Part shown: piece after piece, positions 13,186-24,552 of the stretch
Position numbering within the stretch: the stretch's first letter is position 1
Layout: every line of letters begins with the position of its first letter
Source of the DNA: Octopus vulgaris
Lineage: Eukaryota
Assembly (NCBI GenBank): GCA_951406725.2
Contig: OX597818.1
Coordinates: 119,846,001-119,910,000 of the forward strand
Direction: 5' to 3'
Length of the DNA stretch: 64,000 nucleotides
Notes under the pieces: model-generated
What the model was told of the DNA's origin: nothing
The model's database searches: none
The model's input: only the letters and a program-made list of their open reading frames with translations
Position numbers and translations under genes: made by a program

Positions 13186-13338
13186 TTTGATAATAACGAA
13201 ACTTTTTAGAAATTTGTGTCGGCTTGCTTTCGAGACGCGTGCTTATAGTGATAAATTACATGGTTATTGACGATTAAGTCTATTTTCAGCATATTTGGCA
13301 TTGGAATTTTTTTCTTTTGCCCTTGTTTATAAGTTATA

Positions 13339-13391
<53 letters not shown>

Positions 13392-13839
13392 AGAATTCAC
13401 AAAAAAAACAAAAGACGAAGACAGGTGGTGTAGAAAACAAACAGACGTATTAGTATAACGCTCGGGAATTGAAAAACTCGAGTAGAATCTTCAGAAAATT
13501 CTACTAGAGTAGATGCAAGCGTTAATATATGATTTATAAAAACATGTGACATATTAATAAAAATCTGTAAACGTACAACCATCCAGATTTCTGAGTACCT
13601 TATTTTTTCTAATAAAGTACCATTTGAGCATGGTCGATGCCAGTACCGCCTGACTGGCCCTCGTGCCAGTGGAACGTAAAAGTATCCACTACACTCTCGG
13701 AGTGGTCGGCGTTAGGAAGGGCATCCAGCTGTAGAAACTTTGCCAGATCAGATTGGAGCCTGGTGCAGCCTTCTGGCTCGCCAACCCTCAGTCAAACCGT
13801 CCAACCCGTGCCAGCATGGAAAGCGGACATTAAACGACG

Positions 13840-13890
<51 letters not shown>

Positions 13891-14726
13891 ATATATATAT
13901 GACATATATAAATGAATATATTTGGCCGCAGCTCTGAGCTGAAACTACAGAAAAAATGTATGTACGTACGTATACAAACACGTAGATATACACACATACT
14001 CATACAGTTATGACATAAAGGTGGAACTTTCTTACACAGGAAAATAGGCCAACATTCTGAATAAAATGCTCAACAGAAAAGAGATGCTACAAACATACAT
14101 ACAATTAATCAGAGAAAAATAACAAAATGACCATTGTGTGAGATATACCAAGTCTCTTCTCTTAATCGATTTATTACTTCTAATAAAGGCATTATTTCTC
14201 TCTAACAGAAATGGAAACTATATAAATATCAAGCTTTGGCGATAAAGGTAACCAGAATGTAGGGGCTGTAGACAGAAACAAGCCTTAGAATAATACATGC
14301 TTTGTGAATTATTTAAAGAAAAAATAGAAGCGACTACATAATTAAAATGCCAAAAGTGAGGCAATTTCAATTCAAGAAAAACTCGTGAACAAAACAAATA
14401 CTGCAAACACCCACGAGGGGAACAACAAGATGGTGTTCAGTAGTTATTAAGTGAAAATATGCAATGAAAAGAAAGCCGCTGGAATAATAATTATGGCTTC
14501 AAATTTTGCCACAATGACGACAGCAATTTGGGGGGTAGGAGATGAGTCGATTACATTGGCCCCAGTGCGTAACTGGTACTTCATTTATCGACCCCGAAAA
14601 GATGAAAGGCAAAGTTGACCTTGGCGGAATTTGAACTCGGAACGTAGCGACGGGCGAAATACCGCTAAGCATTTCGTCCAGCACGCTAACGATTCTGCCA
14701 GCTCACCGCCTTAATAATAATAATTC

Positions 14727-15156
14727 TGCTCAATACCACAGATTTGCTTGTCAGTTATTTGACCATAACCAGTTGAGCATGTCCCTTAGTGGTTGACGAT
14801 ATGTGCATCTCTGATCACGAGCAGAAGTAGTGGGCGAGCATCATAGCCGTGTGTTGAAAGGAATTCTTAGAGGTTTGGATAATTCACCTTTGGAAGCATG
14901 AGTGGTTCGTTAAACAATCCTTATTCAGGGACCGTTTGAGCGGGATGGGCTACTGGACCAGAAGAAACTTCTAACTGGGTCCCACCTGCAAGGTCATGTG
15001 CTGTTTATCTTGATATGAGATCACCATGTCGCGCACACATGGTTGTGATGCATGTGTCTGGCGTACCCTTATCAGACGAGTAGTCATGATGGGTATACTA
15101 GGCTTCGTATATTTTACCCCAGTGACACTTTGATGGCATGCACTGCTCTCTCACTC

Positions 15157-15157
<1 letters not shown>
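14727..15157 (+). mobile_element. Non-coding element inserted in (TAA)n; partial inverted copy at ~10981-11200
   Basis: Ends ..ctctctcactc followed by (AAT)n and is preceded by (TAA)n. ~14937-15157 is the reverse complement of ~10981-11200. Confidence 0.65.
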
Positions 15158-15189
<32 letters not shown>

Positions 15190-15379
15190 TTTGACACAAG
15201 TCCAGCAATTTTGAAGGACGAGGGTTAGTCATTTACATGGATCCCAAAAACTATGAAAGGCCAAGTTGATCCCCAGAGAATTTAAACTCGGAACGTAAAG
15301 AGCCGGAGGAAATGCCAGTATGCATTTTGTCCAGGATACTATCAAACGACCCCTGTAAATGACTGGCACTTGCAGTTTA

Positions 15380-15592
15380 TTGGGTTGTCCGGAAAGTTCG
15401 TGCGGATTTATAGTTGCTTACATTTCGACTTATTTTAGAACATGGTTGAGTCCATAAAATAGGATTTGACTACACCTCCATTTAGGGCACAGTTTAAGCT
15501 ATCTTTTTGTGGAAGAAGGTTTATGTTCCTATAACCTGTGTTAATTCTGTAACCCTTTAAAATGGAAGATAAGAAACCTCATTTTCGGCACC
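15380..15592 (+). mobile_element. Mariner 5' fragment (same family as 49154-49720)
   Basis: Starts TA|TTGGGTTGTCCGGAAAGTTCGTG and matches ~49154-49365. Confidence 0.88.
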
Positions 15593-16020
15593 TCCAAACC
15601 TTCATATATATATATATATATATTTCATCATCATCATCATCGTCGTCGTTTAATGTCCGCTTTCCATGCTAGCATAGGTTGGACGATTTGACCGAGGACT
15701 GGCGAACCAGATGGCTGCACCAGGCTCCAATCATGATCTAGCAGAGTTTCTACAGCTGGATGCACTTCCTAACGCCATTTCGAGAGTGTAGTGGTTGCTT
15801 TTATGTGCCACCGGCACGAGGGCCAGTCAGGCGGTACAGGCAACGGCCATGAAAAATCTTTTTTTTATGTGTCACCTGCACACCGGCACAAGTGCCAGTA
15901 AAGCGACGCTGGTAGTGCCACCGGCACGAACGCCAATTAGCCGCTCTGGCAACGATCACGCTCGGATGGTTTAATGTGTACTAAAACATATAAATGCTAT
16001 AAAAAAGATTTTTGATATGA

Positions 16021-16350
16021 AGGCACATAGCTCAGTGGTTAGAGCGTGGGGCTCTCTGCCATGAGGTAGTGAGTTTGATTCCCGGTCTGGGCTGTGTTCT
16101 TGAGCAAGACACTTTATGTCACGTTGCTCCAGTTAACTCAGCTGTAGAAATGAGTTGTGATGTCACTGATGCCAAGCTGTATTGGCCTTTTCCTTTCCCT
16201 TGGATAACATCAGTGGCGTGGAGAGGGGAAGCTGGTATGCATGGGCAACTGCTGGTCTTTCATAAACAACGTTGCCCAGTCTTGTGCCTTGGAGGGTAAC
16301 TTTCTAGGTGCAATCCCATGGTCATTCATAACTGAAGGGGCTTTTTATCC
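16021..16350 (+). mobile_element. tRNA-derived SINE, older family
   Basis: tRNA-like head tagctcagtggttagagcg..gagtttgattccc, followed by CORE-like cttgagcaagacactt..ttgctccagt..ctcagctgtagaaatgag. Confidence 0.65.
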
Positions 16351-16960
16351 CTTTATAATTCTTTGCTACACAGTTATCAGTACAACTAGTACTTTGTCAT
16401 CATGGGATTTTGCTCTCCCTGAAACACTAATAATACTGTGTAACATCCAGTGTCTTTCTTTTGTTTTATTTCTTTCAGTCATTTGACTGTGGTCATGCTG
16501 GAGCACCGCCTTTTAGTTGAACAAATCAACCACAGGACTTATTCTTTGTAAACCTAGTACTTATTATATCGGTCTCTTGCGCTGAACTGCTAAGTTATGG
16601 GGACATAAACACACCAGCATCGGTTGTCAAGCAATGTTGTGGGTACAAACGCAGATACACAAGCACATACATACATACATATATATATATGTGTGTGCGT
16701 GTGTGTGTGTAAACCTACAGGGGAAAATTCAATTCAGGAACACCAAATCAAACTTCACAAAATATAACATATATATATATATATATATATATATACAAAT
16801 CAGAAAAAAAAACATCCTTCATCAATTCAACAATGAAAAATTAAATTACACCATTTAGAAAAATTACACACTATAGAAAGACCAAATATAAGACAAGACA
16901 TACAACAATGATCAAGCAACATGCAAAAAAAGCAAATAAAATGCACACATCCGGTAGAAC

Positions 16961-17053
16961 AACAACACGTGCTTTGTGGCTACATTTAAGAAATGATAAT
17001 AGTAATAATAATAGTACAATCACTTCAATATAAATATAGCCACTCTTCAGGTT
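16961..17053 (-). ncRNA. Degenerate hammerhead-like motif
   Basis: AAC-CTGAAGA-GTGGCTATATTTA...TAAATGTAGCCAC-AAAG (GAAA damaged)-CACGTG-TT-GTT. Confidence 0.5.
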
Positions 17054-18394
17054 AAAGAAAAAACAACAAAATAATTAATTAGATAAATCAACAAATACAC
17101 GTAAACAATCCTGCAAAATACGAAATATCTCAACAAATATATTCCAGTTCAAATTTTAAAAAATAAAATAAAAAACAAGATACAACTAATTAAAATATCC
17201 AAAACAAATATATATATATATATATAAAACACAAAACACACCAAGTGAAAACTAAATACCATTATTCAATCTATATACATCAAATCAAATTATCAATTAA
17301 TTTATTTATCCAACAAACATCTAAATAAAATCCTACACTCATTAAGCAACTCATATCAAAAACCTCAATGCTAAGCAATATACACAATGCTAGTACAAGC
17401 CATAAATATCAGAACTAATAATAGGAAATGGTTCAAATATATACACACTTACTAGATAAACCAACCATACCACTAACATATATGTAGTATATACAGATTC
17501 AATTCTTCACTCAACCACACACTTGACCAAAACATCACTCTAGCAGGATCTGTGAATATTTCACAGAATTAATAGTAAATTTATTGGGTTATTTCTGGAA
17601 ACTTTATCCAAAAAACTTGAAAGCATTGCCTGTGTTGTGTCTGTATCAAGAGGTTGTCGCTCATCTGCTCATCATTAAAAAGTTAAGGAAATTGGAATAC
17701 AATGATTACTTCATGCACTTTATATATATACACTTTATATACTTTATGCACAATTTTATGGACTTAATATGCAGCACTCTCCCTCTTTCCCTTCCGCTCT
17801 CTTTCACTCTTCGCCTTTCCCTTCAATGTGAAAAGTCACGTGAAAAGTGTTTACAGATGAGCTAAGTAATGGAGGTAAAAAAAATTAAGTTAATAAAAAA
17901 TTACACACTTCACTCACCACCATCTCTCCCTCCTCGTCCCCTCCTCCCCTCCCCCTTCAACTAATCACGTGAAAGCATTATGGATGGGTTGAGTAATGGA
18001 GGAACAATCAGAATTGTTATAAGATATAAATATATATATGAGGGGCTTCTTTCAGTTTCCATCAAGCAATTTCAGTTACAGGGGTTTGGTCAACCAAGAA
18101 GATATAGCAGAACACACTTACACAAGGTGCTGCACAGCAGGACTGAACAGTCCTGGGTTTCATGCTTTTGAACATAGATCTTCTTAACCAGAGATGGCCT
18201 AGGGCTAAACAGCAGCAACAAGAACATAGTCAAACAAACCAACAAAGACTCTATGCAGTAACAAAAATACTGAATAAGGCGCCCGTACCACCATCACTAT
18301 CACATGGTCGTGTAGGGTCTCCTCAGAAGCAGAAACATTTCCATGGATCAACCCAAATGGTTTACAAGGCGAACAGATATAAAGAGGAACTTAC

Positions 18395-18536
18395 CCAAGG
18401 TCATACAAGGTGCAGTATGGAATGCAGAGTTTGCGTAAGAAGGTCCAGATATCATTGTAAGTCCAATAAAGAAGGGGGTTTACTCTCATATAACTTGGCC
18501 AACCAGCATCAGTCTCAATAAAGGGTTGCAAATTTT
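18395..18536 (-). CDS. FLAD1: FAD synthase exon K (last recognisable exon in window)
   Basis: tttcAG..GTaag, phase 1->2. (E)[46 protein letters not shown](G) carries the TDxGWP, MRxNP and PYCxLYD motifs. Confidence 0.96.
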
Positions 18537-21008
18537 CTGAAATAATTCAAAGACAAAATGAGCTATTTAAATATACATACATATATACATCATCATCGTT
18601 TAACATCTGTTTTCTATGCTGGCATGGGTGAGATGGTTTGACAGGGGCTGGCTAGGCAGAAGACAGCATGAGATTTCACTATCGGTTTTCTCGGGATTTT
18701 TAAAGCTAGATGCCCTTCCCAACACCAACTACCTTACAGGGTATATATCGACATTTAGGCCAATAACAAACAACCTAGCTTCAGAATTTTTCCCCTCTAT
18801 CAATTCAGGGACGATGCAACCTGTAGTCCGCGCATTTGCAAAGAGTCATTCTTTATCACAAAATATAAACCTCTTTTATATGCACCCACCACAAATGACA
18901 CTATTACAAGGGCCTTAGAATGCAAATATTAAAAATGATATATTCAACACAGTCACTTCACATGAATTTATTCAGAACAATTCCAACCACTACTATTACA
19001 ACCACAACGGGTCACTTTTAGGTCACTTGACCATTTAAGAGGATTCCACCAACAGCCTGCAACAGCTATACCACTCCCACATTTTTATTATTCTTTCTCT
19101 TCTTTGCCATCTCTTTTCTCTACTACTATTGCTGCTTAAACAATCAAAGACAAGAATTCATATCAAACTACTACTAGCTGCTGCCAACTACCTCGAACTC
19201 ACAAGAGTAAAAAAGGGAGACAAAGACAGACAGAAAAAAGGAAAATGTCTCTTGCATTTGAAAACTTTGGAAATATTTTATAAAAACATTTCATTTAATT
19301 TTTCCACAATTTAATTGTTTTTCATGCTTTACTCTAAGTTATCATTGCTTGACAACCAATGTTGGTACGTTTACGTTCCTGTAACTTAGTGGTTCGGCAA
19401 AAGAGACTGAAAGAATACTAGGCTTAGAAAGACTGGCTCCTGTGCCAGAGGCACGTAAAAAGCACCATCCAAACATGGTCGATGCTAGTGCCCCTTGACT
19501 GGCACTCCATGCCAGTGACCCATAAAAAGCACCCACTATTCTCGTAGTGGTTGACATTAGGGAGGGCATCAAGCTGTAGAAACTTTGCCAGATCAGATTG
19601 GAGCCTGGTGCAGCGGCTTGCCAGTCCTCAATCAAACCATCTGACCCTTGCTAGCATGGAAAGCAGGCGTTAAACATTGATGATGATAATGATGATGATG
19701 ATGATGATGATGATGACATCACCAAAATCTCAGAGCTATGAAAAAAATGCATGAAGGATTCAAAACAATGTGAATAAATATTCATTGAATTTAACAGAAT
19801 AATATGAATTCTAAAAGGTTAATGACTCTGGCAATTCAACCCCCTCATCCCCACCCCTAATTAAATAGTTATGGTCAACAGGCACAGGAGTGGCTATGTG
19901 GTAAGAAGCTTGCTAACCAACCACAGGGTTCCAGGTTCGGTCCTACTGCGTGGCACCTTGGGCAAGTGCCTTCTACAATAGCATCGGGCTGACCAAAGCC
20001 TACTGAGTGGATTTGGTAGACAGAAACAGAAAGAAGCCCATCATTATCATCATCATCATCATTTAACGTCCGTTTTGCATGCTGGCACGGGTTAGATGGT
20101 TCAACCGGGGTCTGGGAAGCCAGGAGGCTGTCCCAGGCTCCAGTCTGATCTGGCTGTGTTTCTACAGCTGGATGCCCTTCCTAACGCTAACCACTCCGTG
20201 AGTGTAGTGGGTGCTTTTTACATGCCACCAGCACAAGGGCCAGAGGAGGCTGGCAACAGCCACAATTGGTTGGTACTTTTTATGTGCCACTGGCATGTAA
20301 GCCAGTCAAGGCGGCACTGGCATCAGCCACATTCGGATGGTGCTTTTTACGTTCCACTGGCACGGGTATCACAACGATTTCCATTTGATTTTTATTTTGA
20401 TGTTGAAGGATTCAAAACAATGTGAATAAATATTCAGGTCTCCTGAAGCATAGCAGGTCACCCTATGATCCAAGGTAAGCACAGCAGGTCGTTCTGTAAT
20501 CCGAAGTACTTTGAATGGGCTGGGGCTGGTTATGTGAAGCTGGAGTAGGATACAGCCATGAACTCACTTTATTTGTAGGGTCTTTGCAGTCACAGCACAT
20601 CTCCAGAGGTCTCGGTCTTTTGTCATTGCCTCTGTGAGTCCTAACGTTCGAAGGTCATGCTTGACCACCTCATCCCATATCTTCATGGGTCTACCTCTAC
20701 CCGAATTCCTTCAGCTGTTAGGGAGTGGCACTTCTTCACACATCTCTCCTCATCCATCCATCGTATATATAAATGTTTATGTATATGTTTGTGTATCTGT
20801 TTGTCCCCCTATCCTCGCTTGACAACTGATGTTGGTGTGTTCACGTCCCCATAACTTAGTGGTTCGGCAAAAGAGACCGATAGAATAAGTACTAGGCTTA
20901 CAAAGAATAAGTCCTGGGATCGACTTGTTCAACTAAAGGTGGTGCTCCAGCATGGCTGCAGTCAAATGACTGAAACATATAAAAGAAAAAACTCATTGAA
21001 CAACTCAC

Positions 21009-21130
21009 CTGAATAGGGATCTGTTACTCTTGTACCCATGAATACAGCTTTTACCTGTGGATTCTGGACTTTTAATTCTGCTAAAGATTCCTTTATTTTA
21101 CCATTTAATGTAATCATTTTTAAGTTGTAA
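21009..21130 (-). CDS. FLAD1: FAD synthase exon J
   Basis: cttttAG..GTgag, phase 2->1. (S)YNLKMITLNGKIKESLAELKVQNPQVKAVFMGTRVTDPYS carries the MGTRxTDP motif. Confidence 0.96.
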
Positions 21131-21521
21131 CTAAAAGAGATAAAGAGCAAGGCATGAAATTCCATACAAAATTGACCACAAGATTTTATAAAAAGATTTC
21201 AATAAAAAAAAAATAAGCTAAAAGCAACAAAAAGAAAAACAACATTATCTAATTACAAATTAACAAGGGAGACTCTTATTACCAGGCCAGAGAATTGCTC
21301 ACAGACCTCGTAATCATAGCCTAACCATACCATCATCATCATCACTATCCTCACCACCACCGCTGCCGCCACCATCACACCTACCCCCACACCCACTGCT
21401 ACCATAACCACCACCTTGTGGGTGGATTTAGTAGATGGAAACTGAAAGAAGCCCATCGTATATTGATTGATTGATTCTAGTTTCAGCTCACGAGCTGTGG
21501 CCATGCTGGGGCACCGCCATT

Positions 21522-21567
<46 letters not shown>

Positions 21568-21571
<4 letters not shown>

Positions 21572-21765
21572 ATCCAAACATGAAAGCACAAAAAAACACA
21601 ACAAAACGAGGACGTGGAACAAATATAGTATTATTGGATACTCAGGAAAGAAGGAAAGAAGGAGGGTTTAACGTTTCGAGCGGAGTTCTTCGTCGGAAAC
21701 ATAGGAGAAGGAAAGATCCAGAGAAGGGAAAACAGAGGGAAAAAATCGCCAATGGTAGACACACG
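21568..21765 (-). mobile_element. Short TA-associated element with minimal hammerhead-like motif at 21666-21700 (copy 1)
   Basis: Near-identical to ~22930-23140 and ~40028-40240. Motif GTTT-CCGACGA-A-GAAC-tcc-GCTC-GAAA-CG-TT-AAAC. Abuts (TA)n. Confidence 0.7.
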
Positions 21766-22164
21766 GTGTATGTATGTGTGTGTGTGTGTATATGTTTGTG
21801 TGTCTGTGTTTGTCCCCCTAACATTGCTTGAAAACCGATGCTGGTGTGTTTACATCCCCGTAACCCAGCGGTTCGGCAAAAGAGACCGATAGAATATGTA
21901 CTAGGCTTACAAAGAATAAGTCCGGGGATCGATTTGCTCGACTAAAGGCAGTGAGAGTAGTGAGTGCTTTTTACATGCCACCAACACAGGAGCCCGTCAG
22001 GCGAGCCTGGCATCGATCATGTTCGGATAGTCCTTTTTACATGCCACTGGCACAGGAGCTAGTCACGAGGCATGCTCAGATAGTGCTTTTTACGTGCCAC
22101 CGGCACAGGAAGCAGTCAGGCAAACCTGGCATCTACTACATTCGGATGGTGTTATGATTTTTGA

Positions 22165-22474
22165 TAACTGCAGTTGTGATCCCTATGCCGGTGGCACATA
22201 AAAAGCACCATCCGAACGTGACCGATGCCAGCCCCACCTAGACTGGCTTCCGTGCCGGTGGCATGTAAAAAGCACCAATCCGATCGTGGCCGTTGCCAGC
22301 CTTGCCTGGCACGCAAAAAGCACCCACTACACTCACGGAGTGGTTGGCATTAGGAAGGGCATCCAGCTGTAGAAACGCTGCCAGATCAGACTGGAGCCTG
22401 GTGCAGCCTTCTGGCTTCCCGGATCCCCGGTCGAACCGTCCAACCCATGCTAGCATGGAGAACGGACGTTAAAC

Positions 22475-22510
<36 letters not shown>
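22165..22510 (+). mobile_element. Repeat family C (SINE-like, (GAT)n tail, internal ~60-66-bp hairpin minisatellite), representative copy
   Basis: Tail ggttggcgttaggaagggcatccagctgtagaaac..catggaaaacggacgttaaac(gat)n. More than 20 copies, e.g. ~9390, 13615, 15625, 19430, 20045, 29990-30620, 41070, 42360, 48001 and 52110. Confidence 0.8.
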
Positions 22511-22511
22511 A

Positions 22512-22920
22512 TACAAGCAAAACGTCGCCCTCCCTCGTCCAATGGACAGTGATGAGTTAAAGCAAATTTTCTCAAAACAACTTGTCTGACCGTCCCATAG
22601 ACCTCTCCTTGGAGAAACACTGATTTAACTTAAATTTGAGACACCAAACAGGCCGGCTTTTTTTGAGCAAACTGCACGTGCATTTTTCTGGCGTACGCGT
22701 AGTATTGATCACAAAAGCTGATGTATTTGCGCATACAAATGCACGTTTCCACGGCTTTATCGATCGCATTCTCACCTGGAATCGATTTTTGTAATTTTTT
22801 CAAGACTTATACACGCCCTGATGCCATCGGTATCTACATATGAAATTTGAGCGCAATCAGATGGAGGATGCCCGAGATCCTAGACGACATACAGACAGAA
22901 TAGATCTTATATAATAGATA
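22512..22920 (-). mobile_element. Possible degenerate Helitron-like element
   Basis: Minus strand starts ATCTATTATATAAG, similar in style to the 24157-24552 element. The 3' CTAG is damaged. Confidence 0.35.
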
Positions 22921-22929
22921 TATATATAG

Positions 22930-23140
22930 TTAAAGTTAATCCAAACAAGAAAGCACAAAAAAACACAACAACGCGAGGACGTGGAACAAATATAGTATTA
23001 TTGGACGCTCAGGAAAGAAGGAAAGAAGGAGGGTTTAACGTTTCGAGCGGAGCTCTTTGTTGGAAACATAGGAGAAGGAAAGATCCAGAGAAGGGAAGAC
23101 AGTAGAAAAAAATCGCCAACGGTACACACGCGATCACATT
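22930..23140 (-). mobile_element. Short TA-associated element, copy 2 (hammerhead-like core mutated)
   Basis: Same family as copy 1. The core at 23033-23067 reads CCAACAA. TA runs on both sides. Confidence 0.7.
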
Positions 23141-24156
23141 TTATATATATATTACTGCATGGTATCTTAGGAAAATGTTTTTTTACTATAGACCCATGAG
23201 AAAATTTGATAAATGAAAACTGGTTGACATTGGGAATGACATCCAGTCGTAGAAACCATGTGAAATCAGACTGGACCTGGTACAGATCTCTGGTTTAATA
23301 GTCTAGCCATCTAACCCATGCAAGCATGGCAAGCAGACACTAAAAGATGGTGATGATGATGATGATATATATAGGCATGGCTGTGTGGTAAGTAGCTTGC
23401 TTCCTAACCACATGTTTCCAGGTTCAGTCCCATTGCATGGCACCTTTGGCAAGTGTCTTCTACAATAGCCTCGGGTCAACCAAAGCCTTGTGAGTGGATT
23501 TGGTAGATGTAAACTGAAAGAAGCCTGTCGTATGTTTGGGTGTCTGTCTGTGTTTGTTTCCCCCGCCTTCGCTCGACAGCAGATGTCGATTTGTTTGACT
23601 AAAACCCTTCATGGCGGTGCTCCAGCATGGCCGCATATATAGCTGAGCTGTGTTGGGACCGGCATGTCAAACAATCGAACCAACGTTTCCTTTGCATGTT
23701 GGTTGGTTTCCGACGTCGTAACTTAGCGATTCGTCAAACTAGGGTGATGGTAAGGTGGCGAACTAGCAGAAACGTTAGCGGTCGAAATGCTTAGCGGTAT
23801 TTCATCTGCCGCTATGTTCTGAGTTCAAATTCCGCTGAGGTCGACTTTACCTTTCATCCTTTCGGGGTCGGTGAATTAAGTACCAGTTACGCACTGGGGT
23901 CGATGTAATCGACTTAATACCTATGTCTGTCCTTGTTTGTCCCCTCTATGTTTAGCCCCTTGTGGGTAATAAAGAAATAGGTATAAACATCAGGCTTAAA
24001 AAATAAGTCCTGGGCTCGACTTTTTCGACCAAGCCCTTCAAGGCGGTGCCCCAGCATGGCCGCAGTCCAAATGCTTAAAACAATTAAAAGCTAAAAGATA
24101 AAAGGAAATAAACATTTAACTTGGAAACACTTTTTATTTTTGTTTTTTATTTGTGA

Positions 24157-24552
24157 CTAGCAGTATCGCCCGGCGTTGCTAGGGTTTGTAAGGGAAATAA
24201 CTATATAAGCATTTTTAGAGAGTTATAGCCAAAAAATAGCAAAAAAATGCATTAAAAATGGAAAAAAAATTATGGTAATTTTTTTTTTAAATCGTTGACT
24301 CATCGTAGACATTTTTAGAGACTTACTTCCCTTATATAATAGCGAAAAAAATGCATTAAAATGGAAAAAAATTATGGTAAATTTTTTAAATCGTAGACAC
24401 ATCGTAGACGCGCGCTAATACCCAGAAGGGCTCGATATGAATCACTACTGTAAGATACCCGGTTTTGGTTAAACTGCACCGCAAAATGTGGGAGTAGTTA
24501 GGAATCTAAATCGTAGGAGACAGACACACAACTTGACTTTTATATATAAAGA
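24157..24552 (-). mobile_element. Non-autonomous Helitron-like element
   Basis: Minus strand begins A|TCTTTATATATAAAAG and ends with hairpin CCCTAGCAACGCCGGG followed by ..CTAG|T. Contains an internal ~115-bp duplication. Confidence 0.75.

Larger units (their letters stand above)
9395..15378 (+). repeat. Local segmental duplication: ~9395-11440 versus ~13615-15378
   Basis: Colinear high-identity blocks, e.g. aaaggtggaactttctta..aggaaaataggccaac at ~9811 and ~14017, and aagtccagcaattttgaaggacgagggttag at ~11263 and ~15198. Confidence 0.9.

Noticed and set aside
16021-16095. tRNA gene
   Set aside because: The tRNA-like head runs into a SINE body and lacks a paired acceptor stem.
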